Part shown: positions 8,538 through 17,582 of the stretch, in pieces
Position numbering within the stretch: position 1 is the first letter of the stretch
Layout of the letters: every line of letters begins with the position of its first letter
DNA from: Spirochaetales bacterium
GTDB lineage: Bacteria > Spirochaetota > Spirochaetia > SZUA-6 > JAFGRV01
NCBI GenBank assembly: GCA_016934975.1
Contig: JAFGRV010000019.1
Coordinates: 1 to 50,544, forward strand
Direction of reading: 5' to 3'
Length of the DNA stretch: 50,544 bases
Notes under the pieces: model-generated
Told to the model about the DNA's origin: nothing
What the model saw: the letters and a program-made list of their open reading frames with translations, nothing else
Databases searched by the model: none
Translations under genes and position numbers: made by a program

Positions 8538-9287
8538 TTATCCTTCCTTATCTCTTTCAATCCATGTATGAATCGCTTTAGCTGTTTTTTCAGGATCTTC
8601 CACAAAACCACTCACATCCAGATTTGTCTTTGGTTTGGAATGCATAGTATTTGAATGAATCGTTTCATTTTCCCCATCCTGAGTACCACCGCCATAGGGC
8701 GTAAAGGACGATGCAAATGAATCGATTTCCGGGAGTGCATCAAGATTGTCGATATTTTCATCCGTGGGTTGTTCTTCATCCGAAAGCTCATCGATATAAG
8801 GGACATTATCCATCTTGTTGCTCATTTCATCCGGTTGAAAATCAGAAGTATCCTCGGAAATATCGTAAGAACTATCCGTGGAGATATCATTGGAGATATT
8901 TTCATTATTATTTTCAGCAGATCCTAATTCCTCTAAATCCGAAGATTCATCCTGAATATCCAAATCAAGTTTGGAATCTCCTCTCATATCAGCGAACATA
9001 CTATCCTGATGTAATGAATCATGAGGATTCTCTTCTGGTATTATCGCCTCGAATTCACCCTGATAATTTTTTTCTTCATCAGTTTCATTATTTATTAACC
9101 GGCCTAATTCAGGCAAAAATTTATTAATAATAACACTCACTCCCACTCCGATACCTGCGAAGATTGCTCCCCAAATGACAGCTCTAAGGAGAATTTGCAA
9201 AATAGGGACACCCCGAATTCCACCTCCCATTAAAGAAACGAGTACGGCAAATCCTGCTAAAACAGCGATTATTTTCGTGTTCATCAT
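8538..9287 (-). CDS. Membrane protein with an extremely acidic, low-complexity C-terminal region (hypothetical)
   Basis: Two N-terminal hydrophobic segments ([18 protein letters not shown]; [18 protein letters not shown]), then a D/E/S/N-rich tail. Located between flhG and fliA, where I recall Treponema also carrying hypothetical genes. Confidence 0.6.
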   Translation of the reverse strand: MMNTKIIAVLAGFAVLVSLMGGGIRGVPILQILLRAVIWGAIFAGIGVGVSVIINKFLPELGRLINNETDEEKNYQGEFEAIIPEENPHDSLHQDSMFADMRGDSKLDLDIQDESSDLEELGSAENNNENISNDISTDSSYDISEDTSDFQPDEMSNKMDNVPYIDELSDEEQPTDENIDNLDALPEIDSFASSFTPYGGGTQDGENETIHSNTMHSKPKTNLDVSGFVEDPEKTAKAIHTWIERDKEG

Positions 9288-9390
9288 ATACTACTCTAAG
9301 ATTAAAGCAAAATAAGAAACCAGTCAAGCAGGTTAGTTATACCTTACTTGTTTAAAAAAGGCTGCATCCGTTAACCTTTCACCGGTCTCA

Positions 9391-10281
9391 TTATTTTTTT
9401 ACAAAAAGTTTTTTCAAAAAACCGCTTACACCACTTCCTTCTTTATATTCTATATTTTCAAGACGTCCGACAATATGTTTTATACAAATAGATGCCTTAC
9501 TTTTCGCATCTGCCAATAAAAAAGGCCTTTGTTTCACAACACAATTGTGAACAAGAACATCATCATAGATTGAACCAAGATAATCAATCTTTAAATTAAG
9601 AAATTGCCCGGCGATATTTATCACCCGCTCTGCAACCCTTTTCCCCTCGGTCACGGACTTCACCTTATTTACAATAAGTTTTAATCCGATATTTACATTA
9701 TCTATTTCCGTGGCGATTATTTTAATAATACCGTATGCATCGGTAATGGCAGTGGGTTCGGGAGTTGTCACTATGAGCGCATCGTCTGCGGCCGCGATAA
9801 AAGAAAGTACATTATTGGAGACCCCGGCGCCCGTATCAATAATAAGGACATCCGCCACGGAAAGCTCACTCAGTTCATCAATAATATTTTTACGCTCATC
9901 GTCAGTGAGATTTGCAATTTTTGAAAATCCCGAAGCCCCCGCTACAATCTTAATTCCATAATTAGTATCCTGCAAAATATCCTTCATTTTCTTTTGTTTT
10001 CGTATAAGATGATAGAGATTATAACGCGGAATAATTCCAAGTACCACATTAACATTGGCTAGACCAAGATCGGCATCCATCACGATTACTTTTTTTCCAA
10101 GCTGCGCATACGCGAGTGCTATATTTATTGCGATATTTGTCTTTCCCACACCCCCTTTACCGCTGGAAACAGCGATTATACGGGTATTGGTACGTATGGA
10201 ACCATTGCGTAAAGAGTCATTTTGTATAGAATTCTGCTGATTTTGCATGATTTCCCTCAATTTTTCTGCCTGATCTCCCAT
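9391..10281 (-). CDS. flhG: FlhG/YlxH MinD-type ATPase (flagellar number regulator)
   Basis: Deviant Walker A SSGKGGVGKT and MinD-like fold motifs (VMDADLGLANV, IIDTGAG). Start trimmed to the ATG at 10281 (GGAGAT upstream), just after the flhF stop. Confidence 0.9.
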   Translation of the reverse strand: MGDQAEKLREIMQNQQNSIQNDSLRNGSIRTNTRIIAVSSGKGGVGKTNIAINIALAYAQLGKKVIVMDADLGLANVNVVLGIIPRYNLYHLIRKQKKMKDILQDTNYGIKIVAGASGFSKIANLTDDERKNIIDELSELSVADVLIIDTGAGVSNNVLSFIAAADDALIVTTPEPTAITDAYGIIKIIATEIDNVNIGLKLIVNKVKSVTEGKRVAERVINIAGQFLNLKIDYLGSIYDDVLVHNCVVKQRPFLLADAKSKASICIKHIVGRLENIEYKEGSGVSGFLKKLFVKK

Positions 10282-10285
10282 TTTT

Positions 10286-11467
10286 TTATCTCCAATAGTT
10301 TGTTGATAAGTCATCCTGCTCTCCAAAAATAGTTTCAATATATTCTCTATCAATCTTTAAGCCTTCAATTTTCATGAGGAGACGAAATATTTTCGCCTCT
10401 TCAATATCCTGAGGTACGACCTGACCATCGGTAATATAAGAAATCGGTTTACCATGTTCTGCAAGCACACTTAACATATTCCCTATCCTTCCGGTTTCGT
10501 CCAGTTTTGTAAGGATGATTGATTTATAATTAAAAGGCTCAAATTGCCTTAATAGATTTTCCACATCCGACGCTTTTGTCGTGGCGCTTAAAGCAAGGTG
10601 AGTTTCGCTCATGTTTCCGCAAATACTTAAAATTCTACGCATTTCACCAAGTTTCTCGAAATCCGACGGACTTTTCCCTATGGTATCGATAAGTATCAGG
10701 TCCATGTCCGCATATAACGCCAAAGCTTTTTTTAAGTCATTATAAGTTTCGGCACAGGTGACGGGAATCTGCATAATATCTGCATAAGTTTCTATCTGTT
10801 TTTTAGCAGCGATTCTGTAATTATCAATTGTAATCATCCTTACCTGGCAGGAAGGATTTTTTTTATTACCCAAACCGTAAATTGCCGCGAGCTTGGCGAT
10901 GGTTGTCGTCTTCCCCACACCTGTGGGTCCCACAATAATAAATATTGTCGGTTTCTTATTCGTATTATGATAGGGCGGATGTATCAGGATCTGCTCGCCA
11001 ATCCACCTGACAACAGTCTGTTGTATTTTCACAAAATCATTTAAATCATCTATGGTAAGTTCTTTTTTTATCCTGTGAATAATATTTTTTATATATTTTG
11101 GGGTGAAATCATTAAATTCAAGAATTTCCCTGATTCTTTCAATAGAAGGATTCCCCTCCTCATGAGTTTTCTCCCTGGTTTGCACAGTGGTCTTTAGGGT
11201 TTGAATCTCTTTGAGTATTTTAGAGAGGGTCTGCTCTTTTTGTGCCGCCTCTAAAATCTTCCTTTTTTCATCCTGAGAAACAAGCTGTTTTGATGTGTTG
11301 TCAGAAATATATCCGGTAATTTCGGTTCCCTGCCTGGCAAAAAAACCCAATACTCCCCCGATCTTTATTCCTCTATGAGTAAGTAGTCTCGCGTTTTCTC
11401 CGTACTGTTTTTTCATCTTCATGAGAGCATCACTCAACGTGTATGCCTGCAATGTAAAATATTGCAT
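10286..11467 (-). CDS. flhF: FlhF SRP-type GTPase
   Basis: [21 protein letters not shown] and TKLDET motifs. GAGGAG SD before the ATG. Confidence 0.92.
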   Translation of the reverse strand: MQYFTLQAYTLSDALMKMKKQYGENARLLTHRGIKIGGVLGFFARQGTEITGYISDNTSKQLVSQDEKRKILEAAQKEQTLSKILKEIQTLKTTVQTREKTHEEGNPSIERIREILEFNDFTPKYIKNIIHRIKKELTIDDLNDFVKIQQTVVRWIGEQILIHPPYHNTNKKPTIFIIVGPTGVGKTTTIAKLAAIYGLGNKKNPSCQVRMITIDNYRIAAKKQIETYADIMQIPVTCAETYNDLKKALALYADMDLILIDTIGKSPSDFEKLGEMRRILSICGNMSETHLALSATTKASDVENLLRQFEPFNYKSIILTKLDETGRIGNMLSVLAEHGKPISYITDGQVVPQDIEEAKIFRLLMKIEGLKIDREYIETIFGEQDDLSTNYWR

Positions 11468-11509
11468 ACTATACTCCTCATTAATTGGTTTTCCACACCA
11501 AACAAGCCG

Positions 11510-11591
11510 GCAGGTTCGCAGGAAATCAAAAATTTTTACAACGGCAACCTTGTCACAAATTAATTATTTGGGTTGCGGGTGCGGACTGCGT
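11510..11591. repeat. Copy A of an ~82-nt dispersed intergenic repeat (flhA-flhF spacer)
   Basis: Hand alignment to the reverse complement of 20434-20517 is gapless, with 68/82 identical positions. Shared cores are GAAATCAAAAATTTT and TTATTTGGGTTGCGGG. The copy abuts the flhA stop codon. Confidence 0.8.
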
Positions 11592-13672
11592 CATGTTATG
11601 GCGATTTCACCAAGACTTTCAATCGTGATATCCGGTACAATTTCCGGCACCGAGAGCACGATAAGGTGAGGTACTTCCCTCCTTGAACTTGATTTTACAA
11701 GCGGTCTTGCCGCCTCGGAACAGAGAATAACCGGTGTTATCCCTTGTTCCTGGACTGATTTTACCGCGTTCACCAGGGCCTGAATCCATTGACGCTGGAG
11801 CCCCGGTTCCAAAGCGGAAATAAATCCGGTATTTGTTTCCATCTTTGAATCGATAATTTTATGTTCCAATTCCGGCGCGATGGTAAGGACCCGGATTATA
11901 TTATTTTCATCCGCGTAATGGGCGCAGATTTGTCTTTTAAGCATCTGTCTTACTTTTTCCGTCAGAAATCCGATATTCTTTGTTACCTCTCCGAAATCCG
12001 CCAGTGTTTCAAGAATCTGTATGATATTCCTGATTGATACCTGTTCTTTTAAGAGCGCCTGGAGCACTTTATGAATCTCCCCGATAGAAAACATCTTATT
12101 TATTTCTTCGATGACAGCGGGATAATCATTCTTAAGGGTATCCAGAATTGTCTTCACACCCTGTCTGCCTAAAATCTCAGAGGCATGTTTCTTAATGATT
12201 TCCGTAAAATGAGTCGCGATAATTGACGGCGGATCCACCACAGTATATCCCATTTGCTCGGCTTTTTCTCTGTAATCCTCGGTAATCCATATTGCGGGAA
12301 GACCGAAAGCAGGATCTTTAGTATTTTCACCGGGTATTTTATCTTTAACACCCCCGGGATTGATAGCCATATAATGCCCCATCCGGATTCTCCCTTTTCC
12401 GATTTCCACACCATTTATTTTAAAAGAATATTCCGGGGGTTCAAGTCTCATATTATCGATAATTCTTATTCTCGGGACGACAATCCCCAACTCCAATGCC
12501 GATTCCCGCCGAATACGTGTTATTCTGTTAAGCAGCTCTGCCCCGTGATCTTTATCTACCAGGGGAATAAGGCCGTACCCGATTTCCAGGGAAAGGGGAT
12601 CCAGGGGAACAACAGGGGACATCTCTTTCGGGACCTCCTGTTCCTTTTCCTTGAACTTGGCGATTTTCTCTTTTTCTTCTTCCGTCACCTTTTTTCTGGA
12701 AAGGGTTACTCCGAGAAAGACCAGAAGTCCTGCCAACGGGAAAAGAACATACCAGGGAAAACCGGGAAGAATCCCGAGAATAGCCAATATACCGGCGGAT
12801 ATCCAGTAGGGACGTGACTGCAATCCGAACTGGGCGGTAATATCCCTTCCGAAGGAGGCATCCGAGACCGAACGGGTGACAATAATACCTGTTGAAACCG
12901 ATATCAGGAGGGCGGGAATCTGTGTTACCAATCCGTCCCCAATAGCCAACGGGATATAGGTGTTCACCGCCAGATCCATGGTTTCCGCGTGAAGGACAAC
13001 ACCGACGATCATCCCGGCGATAATATTTACAAGAGTAATAATGATACCTACTTTTACATTTCCCGATACAAACTTGGAAGCTCCGTCCATGGCCCCGTAA
13101 AAATCAACCTCCTTCTGGAGATCATTCTTCTTTTTCGTCGCTTCCTCCTCGGTGATAAGACCGGAGGAATATTCCGCTTCAAGGGCCATCTGTTTCCCCG
13201 GGAGGGCATCTAACGTAAAACGTGCGGCGACTTCCGCAACACGGGTAGAACCTTTTGTAATAACGAGAAACTGAACAATAATGATGATAATAAAGATGAT
13301 AAGACCGATAACAAATCCTTCCGAGCCGCTTGTTCCCACGACAAAGGTGCCGAAAGCCTTGACAATCCTCCCGTCAAAGGTACTTCCCTTTACAAGGATG
13401 AGCCGGGTTGATGATATGTTGATGGCAAGTCCGAAAACCGTGAGAATTAAGAGGAGTGTGGGAAATACGGAAAATTCAAGGGCATTCCTGGAATATAAAA
13501 CCATAAGAATAACCAAAAGTGAAAAAACCAGGTTAACCGCCATAAAAGCATCAAGGAGAAAGGCGGGAATGGGGATTACGATCATCATCACAAACATGAC
13601 AACGCCGATAGCGACAAAGAGGTCACTCGGGTTTTTAAACAGATCCCGTGTTATCTGTTGAACATCTGCCAT
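11591..13672 (-). CDS. flhA: Flagellar export gate protein FlhA
   Basis: 693 aa. N-terminal polytopic membrane domain plus a large cytoplasmic C-domain. Classic FlhA start MADVQQITRDLFKNPSDLFVAIGVV, and operon position. Confidence 0.95.
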   Translation of the reverse strand: MADVQQITRDLFKNPSDLFVAIGVVMFVMMIVIPIPAFLLDAFMAVNLVFSLLVILMVLYSRNALEFSVFPTLLLILTVFGLAINISSTRLILVKGSTFDGRIVKAFGTFVVGTSGSEGFVIGLIIFIIIIIVQFLVITKGSTRVAEVAARFTLDALPGKQMALEAEYSSGLITEEEATKKKNDLQKEVDFYGAMDGASKFVSGNVKVGIIITLVNIIAGMIVGVVLHAETMDLAVNTYIPLAIGDGLVTQIPALLISVSTGIIVTRSVSDASFGRDITAQFGLQSRPYWISAGILAILGILPGFPWYVLFPLAGLLVFLGVTLSRKKVTEEEKEKIAKFKEKEQEVPKEMSPVVPLDPLSLEIGYGLIPLVDKDHGAELLNRITRIRRESALELGIVVPRIRIIDNMRLEPPEYSFKINGVEIGKGRIRMGHYMAINPGGVKDKIPGENTKDPAFGLPAIWITEDYREKAEQMGYTVVDPPSIIATHFTEIIKKHASEILGRQGVKTILDTLKNDYPAVIEEINKMFSIGEIHKVLQALLKEQVSIRNIIQILETLADFGEVTKNIGFLTEKVRQMLKRQICAHYADENNIIRVLTIAPELEHKIIDSKMETNTGFISALEPGLQRQWIQALVNAVKSVQEQGITPVILCSEAARPLVKSSSRREVPHLIVLSVPEIVPDITIESLGEIAIT

Positions 13673-13681
13673 ATAGTCTCC

Positions 13682-14878
13682 TTAGACTGCTTCCTTTTCT
13701 TTTCCGGTTAATTTATATACCTGGGCCAGGATGAGAGCCACAACTTCATAGAATTTTTCAGGAATTGATTCTCCGATCTCTACTTCCTGAAATATCGCCC
13801 GTGCAAGGGGTTTGTTCTCTATGACCGGTACATCATGGGCCTTTGCAATCTCTTTAATTTTAAAAGCAATTTCATCCGCCCCTTTTGCAACAACCTGGGG
13901 ACTCACCATATTCTCTTTTTTCCACTCCAGAGCAACGGCATAATGAGTCGGGTTTGTGATAACGACATCTGCCTTGGGAACTACCTTGAGCATACTTCTC
14001 CGCATAATTTCCTGCATCCGCTGTCTGAGTCTGCTTTTAAGAAGGGGATCGCCGTCATATGTTTTGCGTTCTTCTTTAATTTCCTGCTTCGACATTTTAA
14101 TCGATTCTTTGTGCTTTTGACGCTGGAAGAAATAATCTGCTATTGATATGATCAACAGCGCTATTGCAGTCTCGATAATTATTTTAAAAACAAGGGAAGC
14201 ATAAAAATGAAAACTGATCATATAATGAGTTCTCATGAGTACTGCAATTTTTTTTATCTCGAAAAACAGATTCAGATACACAATGATACAAATCACCGCA
14301 ATGGTAAAAAATGATTTTCCGAGATTAAAAAGTGCTTCCGTAGACATGAAAGCACGTTGAAGCCATTTCCCGAACTTCGGGATAATCTTTTTAAAATCCG
14401 GAGTTATCGGTTTTACCGTAAAAAGAAATCCCACCTGCATGATATTTCCCAACAAAGCGGTAATAAAACTTATCACCAGAATCGGGAGGCTGAGTTTGAT
14501 AAAAAACGTCAGGAACGAGGCCATAACATGGCTGTCAGTGGATATATCAACTTCAGTGGCGTGAGAGAAATAATAGGTGAGCATGGCAAGGAAATTATTT
14601 AATAAATACCCCGAAAGGATACCGATTCCTACCATCCCGAATAAAAGAATCAAAGAAGAGGTTAATTCTCCGGATTTAGCAACTTTCCCTTCTTCCCGTG
14701 CTTTCTTAATTTTATGTTCTGTAGGATCCTCGGTTCTGCCCTCATCCTCCGCGGCAAACCATTGAAGATGAACATCGAAAGGTGTGGAGATTCCCGTTTT
14801 ACGACCGAGGGGTGTTACTGTCATTTCATTAAAGGGGAGTACCAGGGTATCGTAAAAGAGGAAATCCTTGAGGCTCAA
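13682..14878 (-). CDS. flhB: Flagellar export switch protein FlhB
   Basis: AEDEGRTEDPTEHKIKKAREEGKVAKS N-terminal motif and NPTH autocleavage site (VITNPTHYAVAL). TTG start at 14878 with GGGAGG 6 nt upstream; 4-nt overlap with the fliR stop. Confidence 0.93.
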   Translation of the reverse strand: MSLKDFLFYDTLVLPFNEMTVTPLGRKTGISTPFDVHLQWFAAEDEGRTEDPTEHKIKKAREEGKVAKSGELTSSLILLFGMVGIGILSGYLLNNFLAMLTYYFSHATEVDISTDSHVMASFLTFFIKLSLPILVISFITALLGNIMQVGFLFTVKPITPDFKKIIPKFGKWLQRAFMSTEALFNLGKSFFTIAVICIIVYLNLFFEIKKIAVLMRTHYMISFHFYASLVFKIIIETAIALLIISIADYFFQRQKHKESIKMSKQEIKEERKTYDGDPLLKSRLRQRMQEIMRRSMLKVVPKADVVITNPTHYAVALEWKKENMVSPQVVAKGADEIAFKIKEIAKAHDVPVIENKPLARAIFQEVEIGESIPEKFYEVVALILAQVYKLTGKEKEAV

Positions 14879-15660
14879 CCTGTGCCTCCCATGTGCATGA
14901 GTAATCTGGCGATCCCTTCAAAACTTGCATCTATCATTCTCCCGAAGGTTTCCATAAGAAACGGCATCGTTGCAAAGAGCACGATAAAGGCGACACCGAT
15001 TGCAATAGGGAAACCGATCATGAGGAGGTTCATCTGCGGCGCGGCTTTTGCAAGCAGACCGACGGATGTGGAGATAATAAACAGAGTTCCAAGTATAGGG
15101 AAAGAAATCATCAGGGCCGCTTCGAAAAGTCTGCCAAGACTCCGGACGAATACGGAAAAAAGTTTTTCGTTTCCTATAACCAGGTCCACGGCTTTCAAAG
15201 CAGTAAAAGAGCCCTGAACTCCAACGATCATAAATTTCTGCATTCCGCCTATGGTGATAAAAACGAGCATCGCGACAATATTAAGAAACTGACCTATTAA
15301 AGGGATTTCAATCTGAGCAAGAGGATCAAACACCTCGGAGGCACCGAACCCCATTTGCAGAGAGAAAAACTGGCCCGCTACCTGAAAACTTGCATAGACG
15401 ACTACTAAAAAAAACCCGATTATTATCCCTATGAGGACCTCCCCGAGGATGAGTAAAACATAATGAAACGGATCGGCAGGAAGAACATAACCTTCGGCGA
15501 CGACGACGGGAAAAATTACCGCCGCGACAAAAAGCGAAAACCCGATCTTTGCAGTCTGGGGAAAAGCAGACGATGAAAAAAGAGGAGCGACCTCCAGCAT
15601 CGCAACTATACGGAAAAGAACGAGTAAGAAAATCTGAAAATTATTAATATATAGTTCGAT
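14875..15660 (-). CDS. fliR: Flagellar export apparatus protein FliR (start codon non-canonical; coordinate tentative)
   Basis: The first ATG (15600) sits in the middle of the conserved first helix. The in-frame upstream codons read IELYINNFQIFLLVLFRIVA-MLEVAPLFSS, which matches the FliR N-terminal consensus. Candidate start ATC at 15660 (GGGGGA, 6-nt spacer) or ATT at 15648. Confidence 0.85.
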   Translation of the reverse strand: MELYINNFQIFLLVLFRIVAMLEVAPLFSSSAFPQTAKIGFSLFVAAVIFPVVVAEGYVLPADPFHYVLLILGEVLIGIIIGFFLVVVYASFQVAGQFFSLQMGFGASEVFDPLAQIEIPLIGQFLNIVAMLVFITIGGMQKFMIVGVQGSFTALKAVDLVIGNEKLFSVFVRSLGRLFEAALMISFPILGTLFIISTSVGLLAKAAPQMNLLMIGFPIAIGVAFIVLFATMPFLMETFGRMIDASFEGIARLLMHMGGTG

Positions 15661-15671
15661 GACAGATCCCC

Positions 15672-15941
15672 CTATTTGGCTAAAACAGCCATGCTTTCTA
15701 TTAATCTGATAGTGAACTGCACCATCGATGTAAATATCCAGGGACCGAAGATAATAATTGAACCAAGTATTGCCGCTATTTTAGGAACAAACGTAAGTGT
15801 CTGTTCCTGGATTGATGTGGTTGCCTGAAAAATTGCTATGATAAGGCCGACAGCCATACCGACAAGAAGCATCGGTGCAGACAATAATAATATCTGAAGT
15901 ATACCACTCCGGACAAGGTTAATTGCAAAACTGGAACTCAT
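15672..15941 (-). CDS. fliQ: Flagellar export apparatus protein FliQ
   Basis: 89-aa two-TM protein between fliP and fliR. AAAGGAGAA SD. Confidence 0.93.
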   Translation of the reverse strand: MSSSFAINLVRSGILQILLLSAPMLLVGMAVGLIIAIFQATTSIQEQTLTFVPKIAAILGSIIIFGPWIFTSMVQFTIRLIESMAVLAK

Positions 15942-15959
15942 AAGGTCATTCTCCTTTCA

Positions 15960-16733
15960 TCACAAAAATGTCTCAATAAGTTTCTTTATAATTAAATCCC
16001 ATCCATTTACCAGCACAAAAAGAATGAGCTTAAAAGGCATTGATATCATTACCGGGGGAAGCATGATCATCCCCATGGACATCAAGGTGGAAGCAACAAC
16101 CATATCTATAATAATAAACGGGATAAAGAGAAAGATACCGATTTTAAATGCGATGGTGAGCTCATTGAGAACAAAAGCCGGTACCAGGATATACGTTGGA
16201 ACATCTTTATCAGTTTTCGGCTTTGCCATGTTCTGCATATTCATAAAGAGTTTTATATTGTCGTACTTTCCTTCCAGTTGTTTGAACATGAAGATACGCA
16301 GGGGGGCTTCCGTATTTTTATAAAGATCTTCAATACCGATCTGTTCCTCTGCAAAGGGTTTAAATCCATTATCATACATCTGAGTAAATACAGGCCACAT
16401 AATAAACAATGTCAGAAAAAGCGCAATTCCCATGAGAACCTGAGTCGGCGGCACCTGTTGAAGAGAAAGTGCCCTCTTTATAAAATCAAAAACGATTGCT
16501 ATACGTAAAAAAGAAGTGGTAAGTAATACGATGGAGGGAGCAAGGGTTATCACCGAGAGAAGAAGAAGAAGCTGGATTGAAAGAGCCACTTCCTGATTTG
16601 TTTTTGCTTCTCTCACATTCAGATCAATATATGGGAATCCCGGTACTGCCGTATTCGCTTGTGCAAAGGAGAAAGACGGAAAAAACAGTATGAGTATGAA
16701 GATTGTGCAGAAAATGAGAATACATTTTTTCAT
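15960..16733 (-). CDS. fliP: Flagellar export apparatus protein FliP
   Basis: Signal-like N-terminus, then conserved FliP membrane segments (LLLLSVITLAPSIVLLTTSFLRIAIVF, ALFLTLFIMWPV). GGGAGGG SD. Confidence 0.95.
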   Translation of the reverse strand: MKKCILIFCTIFILILFFPSFSFAQANTAVPGFPYIDLNVREAKTNQEVALSIQLLLLLSVITLAPSIVLLTTSFLRIAIVFDFIKRALSLQQVPPTQVLMGIALFLTLFIMWPVFTQMYDNGFKPFAEEQIGIEDLYKNTEAPLRIFMFKQLEGKYDNIKLFMNMQNMAKPKTDKDVPTYILVPAFVLNELTIAFKIGIFLFIPFIIIDMVVASTLMSMGMIMLPPVMISMPFKLILFVLVNGWDLIIKKLIETFL

Positions 16734-16800
16734 TGTCCCTCCCAGTTACAATTTATATAACGTATAAATGACTAAAAAAACACTCATGACGAGCGAATAC

Positions 16801-17391
16801 TTATTTCAACTTATCTAATCTCTCCTGCTGTTTTTTCATGAAATTAATCGGGTTCGAAAGCAATCCCTCCTGCTTTTTTCCGGGATTAAATATATGTAAA
16901 AGAATGTCGGAAAAACTTTTTTTTACTTCCGGAGATTCTTCTGCTGCTTTAAGCATAATGGTATCGATGGTTTCTTTATCGGTGATCTGGGCGATGAGAG
17001 ACAGACTTCCTCCCCCTGAACCGACTACATAATAATGAAATCCGACCTGTATTATGTAGAGAAGATCATTTCCCTGGAGTGACGTCGTTGTAATCACTTT
17101 TATAAAATCGTTTTGAGGTATTTTCTTTTTCATACCTTTCTTTAAAAAGAAAAAGAAAAGGTAAATGACACCGACAACACACCCAAGAATAATAAGCATA
17201 CGTACATATTCCCAGACCGGCACAAAATTACCATCTTCTTCTGCTGCCGATGGGTTGGTTACCGGTTCTTCCTCAAGATTAAAGAGGGGTTCTTCCTCCG
17301 GAATAGTATCACCGTCTTGAGAAAAGAGCGAAAAAGGGAGTATTAATAGAACTATAACTAAATTTATACGAAAAATGAGTGAAGTATTCAG
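16801..17391 (-). CDS. fliZ: FliO/FliZ flagellar biosynthesis protein, extended to a CTG start
   Basis: The track ORF (GTG 17223) begins at the internal TM segment. The in-frame upstream codons encode a signal-like segment plus an acidic linker (LNTSLIFRINLVIVLLILPFSLFSQDGDTIPEEEPLF...), as in Bacillus FliZ/FliO. GGGAGGGG (17397-17404) lies 5 nt before the CTG at 17391. Confidence 0.75.
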   Translation of the reverse strand: MNTSLIFRINLVIVLLILPFSLFSQDGDTIPEEEPLFNLEEEPVTNPSAAEEDGNFVPVWEYVRMLIILGCVVGVIYLFFFFLKKGMKKKIPQNDFIKVITTTSLQGNDLLYIIQVGFHYYVVGSGGGSLSLIAQITDKETIDTIMLKAAEESPEVKKSFSDILLHIFNPGKKQEGLLSNPINFMKKQQERLDKLK

Positions 17392-17444
17392 TTTTTCCCC
17401 TCCCAGGTTATAATAAATAAGACATTTTACCGCCTTATAGTTAG

Positions 17445-17473
17445 TTTATATCATTTTTTCTACATTGTGGCAA
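17445..17473 (-). promoter_or_regulatory. Candidate internal sigma-70-type promoter upstream of fliZ
   Basis: On the minus strand: TTGCCA (17473-17468), 17-nt spacer, TATAAA (17450-17445), inside the 191-nt fliY-fliZ spacer. AT-rich context, so a chance match is plausible. Confidence 0.3.
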
Positions 17474-17582
17474 GAACTTTTTTTTATTTTTTCACGATAC
17501 TGTAATAAAAAACGTATCTGACCTGTTATTTACGAAAGATAATGTCAAAGAAGATTATTGATATGATAAAAGATGTGCTTAT

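Noticed and set aside
12254-12817. Long antisense ORFs inside flhA (187 aa). Similar cases at 25790-26386, 31533-32057, 31594-32085 and 14714-15217
   Set aside because: These are shadow ORFs opposite well-supported conserved genes. Their products are low-complexity S/F/I/L-rich sequences with no start context, as expected from the purine-rich coding-strand bias.
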